NCBI GenBank assembly: GCA_964035545.1
Contig: OZ037767.1
Location: 28,412,628 to 28,476,627 of the forward strand
From: Bugula neritina
Lineage: Eukaryota > Animalia > Bryozoa
DNA: 64,000 nt
Direction of reading: 5' to 3'
Shown here piece by piece: positions 57,101 to 64,000 of the stretch. Numbering within the stretch: position 1 is the first letter of the stretch; each line of letters opens with the position of its first letter. The notes under the pieces were generated by a model. That model was not told where the DNA came from, did no database searches, and was given only the letters and a program-made list of their open reading frames with translations. The translations under genes and the position numbers were made by a program.

Positions 57101-60100
57101 ATAGACACAGTAGATAGTTTAGTGTAAGTATATATAGAATATAGACACAGTAGATAGTTTAGTGTAAGTATATATAGAATATAGATACAGTAGATAGTTT
57201 AGTGTAAGTATATATATAATATAGACACAGTAGATAGTTTAGTGTAAGTATATATAGAATATAGATACAGTAGATAGTTTAGTGTAAGTATATATAGAAT
57301 ATAGACACAGTAGATAGTTTAGTGTAAGTATATATAGAATACAGACACAGTAAATAGTTTAGTGTAAGTAGATATAGAATACAGACACAGTAAATAGTTT
57401 AGTGTAATTGAGAAGAAAACATGTCTTCACAACGTGATGGTGTTGTAGACAGAATACTGACCGGCCAGTATGGCTCCGGTTTGACTTCCTTTTGAGGCTC
57501 CTGAACTGGAACTGATTCTTCTTTTCCAGGCTTCTGCTTTGAACCACTTCTGGAAGGCTTGCGATCATCGTCTTTTTTCTGTGTAAAAAATTTACGAAAA
57601 ACTCCAATAAGTTCAACAAAAGCCCATACATGTATTGCATATTTCAGATGTTTGAAAACATAATTTACTTAAAATTCCAGATCTAAAAAAATAGCTTTTG
57701 TTTTCTGAAAAGAAAAAAGAAGAAAAGCAAACAGGACCAAAAATTTATTTTTAAATAGCAAATTATGCTATATAGCATGATCTAATTGCAAAACTTCAGT
57801 TTGAGTAAAATTCGAAGGTAAAGATATAGCATAGAAGGGATACACTTATCCATTGCACAAATTGTGCAACAAAGTAAAGAAAGAGTTTAAAAAAGATAGG
57901 AACTCTGTAGGAAATAGTCAGCACTTTCTAAAAAAGTCAGTAGATAAACACAATAGATGTTATTATTCTTGCAAAATTAAATTTTTTCAATGTAAAATTA
58001 ATGACCACAACTCAAGAGGCATAAGCTGCAGTTTACCAAGCTTTAAGAATTTAAACACAAAGAGGTACTGATAATACAGTAAATAAATTCAATATGTTTC
58101 AGTATATCATAAATTTTAATGCACGAAACTATTTTTATAGATATGAAGATTCACTTTTAAAAGCCTACAACTACTAACAACAGACACACTACACATTATT
58201 ATCACAACTATAAAGTACTAGAACTCACACCTGAAACACAAACATCTTGGTACCAGATAACAAAATAACACTAATTGCTAACATAGCACTTGCTGTGCAT
58301 GCTCAGTATTGTAGCGTATAAACTACAACAAGCATTGTAGCAAACACAGAGCAGATTGCATAGTGACAAGTTACGTAAAGTGCTATAATCTAGTAATCAT
58401 GGTAAAAAGTTAGAAGATAGCACAACATTTCAGTGTAAGAGTCTAGACCAGGTACATAAACAAATCTTTGAACATGAACATGAAAACAAAGTGAAACTGC
58501 AGTGTTATCTAGTACCAGGAGAAGCTGAATACTTACTTTGCCTCCTTTTGAAGGGGAGTCTGCGGTCTAGAGTTATGACAAAACAAATTTACAACAAGCA
58601 AAAGATAATGCACATTTTACTAACTACACTAAATTAAAAGTATAAAAAAATATATTTGGATACAGAACACAATAAAACAGTAACAAGTAAAACAAGCTAA
58701 CAGAGCTGCTATGCTTCTTCAAACCAGGCGGCACAGTGTTATAATATTGTGACTTTGTTGCAAACACAATTTAAAACATCTGCGTTAAAAATTTAAAATA
58801 CTTGACACAATTTGACTCAAAAGATTAGAAAAATGTCATAAGGTTCTTTAATGGATTTTTTTCAGTAATTTTTAAAAAAGTATTCAACCAAACGCTCAGA
58901 AACATAACAGCCGTGAAAGTGACAAGGGATACCAAGTGCTGCCATTACCTTTCTGCCAGATCGCTGCCGCTTGCTCTCAGCCTTTTCATTTCGAAGTCTC
59001 TCCTCCTCTGCAAGTTCTGCTGCAATCCTGTCTTGCTCCGCCTTTTTAGCTTTCAGTGAACCTTCCTTAATAAAGCTGTCAGTTATATAGCTCTCTGTAC
59101 TCGGCTCAGTCGACTTGGGACTCTGACTCTTTCCTGCAGGTAAAAGTGTGACAACAGAAAGATTATCTTAAATATACCTGCTGTGTATTACATGAACTAA
59201 ACGTTAACATTTCCCAGAATTCACTCTCACCTGATCCCTTCCTGCCTTTAGGAGACTTGCTCCTTGCTCTGCTAGCTCCTCTCTTAGCCTCTTTTGCTGC
59301 TGCAGCCGCTGCTTTGGCAGCATCGGTGATGTCTTGCTCAACATCGTCTGATATCATACTAGCGTGGTAGACAGCCTCTTCGCTAATCGTCCAATCAGTG
59401 ATCAAATCGGCTACATGCTCTTGGTAGTTTCTAGAACATTATTCATATCATATAACCAACATATTTTAATAATAAAACAGGATTAAAATCTTATGAAACT
59501 TTAAACCTGTTATTTTTCGCATTAAAAAATTTGAATGTCTTGAAAAATTGCGTATGCATTCAGTTTCAGATTATATGACAAATCGTATAAGTTCAGTGCT
59601 TATAGAGTAGAAGAATGCTTTTTCTAATATAATATAAACAAGGAAATTATTCAAGATAATTATATTGAAAAATTGTAAAAACAAACCTCACACCAACATT
59701 AGAATGGAGTTTCTCTGACCAATTCATTTCATTCTGAAGGTGTTTGTTGTGTGGATTGTGCATAACTACAAGCAGGCACTGGTCTCTCTTGTGGTAATAC
59801 GTGTCAACGTACGGCAGAGTGAACGAAGCGTTTTTCATTGTCTACAAATATACAACATATCTAGCCACATGCTCTTTGACTTAAACAGGCATGGGTTTTC
59901 CACTGAATATTTGAGGGAAAGTGGGAGTTGTTTTCTTTTGAGTACGAAAATGAATCATAATTTATTTTATAAATATTTTTATAAAACACCTATCGTTAAA
60001 TGAGAAAGTATGAGTTCACATTATATTATCACAATGACACAACCTATGCTCATAAGAGCGGGAATTTAATTTTTATAATTCAAAATTGCTTAATCAGCTA

Positions 60101-63100
60101 TTACCTGGAGTAGAACATGGCGGTCTAAATGTTCAGCAAAACACCATTCATCCAGAGTTCGTTTGTGAGCAGATGGTACGAGAGGCTCCATGGGGTTGGC
60201 AGATGTTGACGCTTCAGGCTCGGCATCATCCTCCGTCAGTGTGACATCTTCTCCAACATCAGAGAAGTGCACGGAATTACCTGTCAAACAACCTGTCACT
60301 ATTGTCACTTCAACAACAACCTGTCACCATTGTCACTTCAACAACAACCTGTCACCATTGTCACCTCAACACTTGGTCACATTGAAAAGTAAAAAACGAA
60401 TGAGAATTGCTAGAAGTGTGAACATACTAATTAATAAGATGTGCACACCTAAACACTAACACTAAACATATAACATACTTTAAAATTTCAAAAGTAAAGC
60501 CAGCATAAAAAATATGTATCAATTTGTTACCTGAAGATTTCTTCATGCTCCCTATAACATATTTAGCGTATTTTAAATTTTGTTATCAAAACAGCTCACA
60601 TGTCATCTAATCAGTCAATATTTTCCAATATTAATATTGTTAGAAATTATAGAAATGTTTAAAAAAATTTACACATTTATAATAACGGTTGGTTTAGAAG
60701 TAGATTCATAGACTTTGTTACCAAAAAAGTTTTTATAAACCACAAGACTAAAAGGCCACAAGGCTAAAAGGCCACAATGATAAAATAAAGGAGGACAATT
60801 CTTAATTAGACAAATTTCAAGAGTGAAACTTTCAACCTAAAAATTGCAGAACAAAAAAGTATTCATGGATATTAAATTGCCAACCACAGCAGAGTAAATA
60901 CTGTCAAACAGCAATCTAAGCATATATTTACTGTTGTTATAACTACAGAACCTACAATTCTTCTTTTAAATATATTTAGGAGAATCTTGGAAAGGCTAGT
61001 TTCAATCAAATGTGAAAGAAAAAGTATTTAAATACAACATGACAGTTCTCAGTCTAAGAGTTCTTAAGAATTCTCAGACTATCACAAGTGACTCACGTGA
61101 TTCAGAACGGGAGTTGTTGTCACTATTTCTTTTCCTAAGAATTCCTGGAGTTGACGGCCTACTCCCACCTTCCTTTGCTTGATCAGGTGAGGGTTGGGAG
61201 CCTACAGGAGCCAGCCCGTGACTAATGGACACTTGTCCTAGAATTAGGGCTAAATACAGTAACTTTAAACACGGTTGAGTAAAAATTACATAATTGTAGA
61301 GACCAAACCTTATCATATTAACTATCTGAATAAATTGTATTGTCACTCACTGAGCTCTATATAATATAGAAATACTTCAAAACATCATTAAGCACATCTA
61401 ACAAAATTTAAAAGCTTAGCTTAAGATTAGTGTTAGCAGGTTATATTTTATAAGCAGAATTAAAAGCCACCCATAGCTGCTGTCTATAAACTTGGCTAAC
61501 AACTTAGTCACTAGCCACTAATCAGCATGATCCAGTAGCTCTACCAGTTTTAGTATAGCCCGAGGTTTAACACACAGCACATGTATTACTTAATCTTACT
61601 CATAGAATTAACTGAGCTTGCAGACAATGTACTTGGGCTAGCTGATAATCCATATGGAATTTCATCATCTAAAGTATTACATCACAAATATATAACATAT
61701 TTAATGAGAGGAAGCAAGGAAGTGCTAGGTATTGTGAGATAACACCGACCTCATAACACCAATGAGATATAATTTTGTAAATTATATTGTAGACTATAAA
61801 ATAAAATTTGTTGCCTCCATTTGTTGATAGGGAAGCTTAGATACTGCTGACAAGGTCATATGAATAGTTTGTTAATATCAACAGAAAAATATGTTGTCTA
61901 AAGTTAAAACCAAGATTTAAATCTAACTTCAACTATTGTATAATATGTAGTCTGTCAGCTCATAAAGTTGACACAAGTCCAATTGAATGGTCCAATTATA
62001 ATAGCTGATACAGAAGCATAAGACTGTTTGTGGAATTGTGGGAGATAATTCTATTATCCTAATGCAAGAAGAAATTGCAGAGGTTAGACAATTCCAACTT
62101 TATAAAACTTTACTTTTTGCCAGTGAATAAACATCAATTTGGTATAGTTATCAGTTACTTTAGAAGGCCTAAAGTTTACAAATTTCTACCCAGAAGCCCC
62201 TGGAGTGAACGCTTCTATCTCTTGTTTTGTTTATATAAGTAATCTCACCTTCAGGCAAAGGAAAAGCTTCTTCAATATTAGCCTCAGCATCATCTTTCGG
62301 CAGCATACAGCGATAGTAGGGGTACGGGTCGTCCCACGGGACTATCTGGCAGTAACTCTGTTCGTCCGGTGGACAAGAAGGCACTATCATACCGTCTTCA
62401 CTAACACTGGTCAGGTCCACACATTCCAACACAAACTGCTTGAAGATGCGGTCAACATCTGCTCAAATACACACAGGAAGTTAATGGATAGCACTTACAT
62501 CACCTCAGCCAGGTTCTCAGCAAACACAGCTACATATACATGGGCATTGAAGTTCAACTCTGGGAGTGTTTAAACCACAAAAATAATCATTTTCAATTCA
62601 AATTTGTTGAAGTACTTCACTCTGAAATCAGTGTAATCACAGTGATTATGTCCAAGTGTGTTCACCTGTAAGGTAAGGTATGTATGAGTATGTCCTAGTG
62701 TGTGGACCGAAGGTAAGGTATGTATGAGTATGTCCTAGTGTGTTCACCTGTAACGTAAAATAGGGAACACCAACCTGATGGGCTAAGTTCTTCATTCACA
62801 CAGAAGTGCAAAAGTTGCTGTAACTTGGCGGCCCTTTCCATAGATTGTTTTTCAGATACATCAGGTGGCTCTAAGGCTCCAATGATGGGCAGCCTTTCCA
62901 GCATAGCCAGCTCTGCCTCCTGTGAACAAATACTTAACTCACAGTTTACGACTTTTACGTACAACTTGCTTCATTGTTGCACCAATCAGGCTTGTCGGCC
63001 ACTTTATCCATGATCAAGTATTTTTAGTGTATATTTTTGTATATATAAAAATTGAAATATTTTGCCAATCAAGAAAATGATAGAAATATAAAAAATAGAA

Positions 63101-63831
63101 GTGCTTTAATAGCAATACACTCCTTCGTCATAAAAAACTCAGTTATTTACATGTTCACTATATTATGGTAAAAATGCTTGTATATACAAATTCACAATAT
63201 ATTTATGGGCTTCCATAATTTATTTAAAGAGCTCATGTGAATTATGAAGTCTAAAAATAATCAATAAAATACAACAAAAATATATTGTTCAGCTATGCAA
63301 AAGTTCAGGAAAAACAACATTCATTGCCACTTAATGCAAAAATTGACGCCTCATAATTCAATTTATTTACACACAGCTGGTGTTCTTAGTTTTACATTTA
63401 TTACGTCAAAAGATTGCCTTTACCTTAGCATTAAAGCCATAGACTGTAGATAGGTGATCAGTCCTAAAGCTAATATCATCATTCTTATTGTAGAGGGTGG
63501 GCTGCTTCAATACATGCGACTCTGAAGTCTCATTATTGAACATAGAACCTAGGCTCTGAAAAACAATGAGTCATGTAAGGCAAAGCATAGCAGGAAGAGC
63601 TATTCCAGCAAGGTGTTGCAAGGTGTTGGGGAATAACAGAATTTCTACATTGTCTGTATTGCTGATAGAGGGGGGGAGTGGGATATCACTAACCTGTCTC
63701 TCTGATTCACTAAGAGCTAGTTTAAAGGCTAAGCCGCCAATGTGTTCACATAGACCATGGTCCAACCCATCAGCTCTAGGTTGAGGTTGGACTTCAGATG
63801 GAGGCTCCTTACCCAGCTCTGTGGCTTCAAT
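42028..63831 (-). CDS. SPAG17: sperm-associated antigen 17 (SPAG17/PF6, axonemal central-pair C1a projection protein), 5'-partial, 36 exons in window (~1738 aa)
   Basis: Phase-consistent exons: 63831-63694, 63555-63424, 62919-62775, 62458-62249, 61237-61097, 60280-60105, 59841-59687, 59430-59231, 59133-58949, 58566-58537, 57578-57462, 56739-56625, 56292-56152, 56044-55959, 55621-55460, 55038-54839, 54559-54321, 53134-52944, 52576-52435, 51989-51852, 51410-51322, 50992-50975, 50622-50569, 50366-50184, 49541-49400, 49122-48976, 48332-48182, 47655-47507, 47323-47111, 46628-46581, 46050-45799, 45571-45402, 43859-43626, 43210-43038, 42659-42547, 42065-42028 (5217 nt). Recognised motifs: [71 protein letters not shown], and the C-terminal PapD-like domain [60 protein letters not shown]. 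Confidence 0.93.
42826..43025 (+). repeat. degenerate 10-bp repeat (TGTCAACAAG), ~20 units, SPAG17 intron
   Basis: Directly visible, and abuts the donor at 43037. Confidence 0.85.
48114..48152 (+). repeat. (TA)n microsatellite
   Basis: Directly visible. Confidence 0.9.
51745..51855 (-). repeat. degenerate 22-26 bp repeat carrying copies of the donor GTAAGT/GTGAGT
   Basis: Plus-strand units tctgttacttacaat, tctattacttacaat, tatgttacttatcat, cctgttactcacaat and ccgctacttaccat. The last is the real donor of exon 51989-51852. Confidence 0.7.
55261..55335 (+). repeat. 20-bp repeat (ACCAAAATAGTAAGTAGTAG), ~4 units
   Basis: Directly visible. Confidence 0.8.
56746..57407 (+). repeat. 40-bp minisatellite (ACAGTAGATAGTTTAGTGTAAGTATATATAGAATATAGAY), ~16.5 copies
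   Basis: Period of 40. It fills most of SPAG17 intron 56740-57461. Confidence 0.97.
60279..60370 (+). repeat. ~27-bp repeat (AACAACCTGTCACCATTGTCACTTCAAC) x3 overlapping an acceptor
   Basis: On the minus strand each copy carries GACAG|G, like the true acceptor at 60281. Confidence 0.85.
62656..62753 (+). repeat. ~41-bp tandem duplication (AGTGTGTTCACCTGTAAGGTAAGGTATGTATGAGTATGTCCT), ~2.3 copies
   Basis: Directly visible. Confidence 0.85.
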
Positions 63832-63906
63832 CTAAGATTATGTTATAAATATTTGATACCAAGCATAAGACAAAATTATTCAACAAGTACAGACATAATA
63901 TATGCT

Positions 63907-64000
63907 TATATTACACTGTACTATACTAGATATACGCATATATTACACTGTACTATACTAGATATACGCATATATTACACTGTACTATACTAGATATACG
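63907..64000 (+). repeat. 32-bp minisatellite (TATATTACACTGTACTATACTAGATATACGCA), truncated by the window end
   Basis: About 3 copies visible. Confidence 0.9.

Noticed and set aside
56746-57407. CRISPR-like regular array (also 16019-16343)
   Set aside because: Units are contiguous with no unique spacers, there are no cas genes, and the context is a eukaryotic intron.
58223-58245. tttcag|gtgtgagt: recursive splice site or 2-nt exon in SPAG17
   Set aside because: The intron is under 1 kb, a 2-nt exon would shift the frame, and there is no other support.

Overview
AT-rich, intron-rich metazoan genomic DNA, probably a lophotrochozoan-type invertebrate (inferred from gene content and intron style). 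There are no prokaryotic features. I assembled exons by hand from GT-AG sites and phase continuity. From left to right: (1) the 5' tip of an unidentified minus-strand gene (MANIANGFQ...). (2) A 24-exon plus-strand CCDC30-like coiled-coil gene (~1349 aa, 4128-21236). (3) A 10-exon minus-strand class A GPCR of the FMRFamide-receptor-like group (~487 aa, 22019-28446), whose activation motifs are degenerate. (4) A 4-exon minus-strand secreted PAN/apple plus chitin-binding type 2-like protein (~219 aa, 29572-35448). (5) A 763-bp CAC...GTG MITE with a 3-bp TSD, inserted in a DR1-containing minisatellite. (6) The 3' 36 exons of SPAG17/PF6 (minus strand, 42028 to beyond 63831). The most notable observations are the atypical GPCR packed directly behind the PAN-CBM gene (possibly co-transcribed), candidate mutually exclusive exons and 6-10 nt microexons, and minisatellites that repeatedly duplicate splice junctions.
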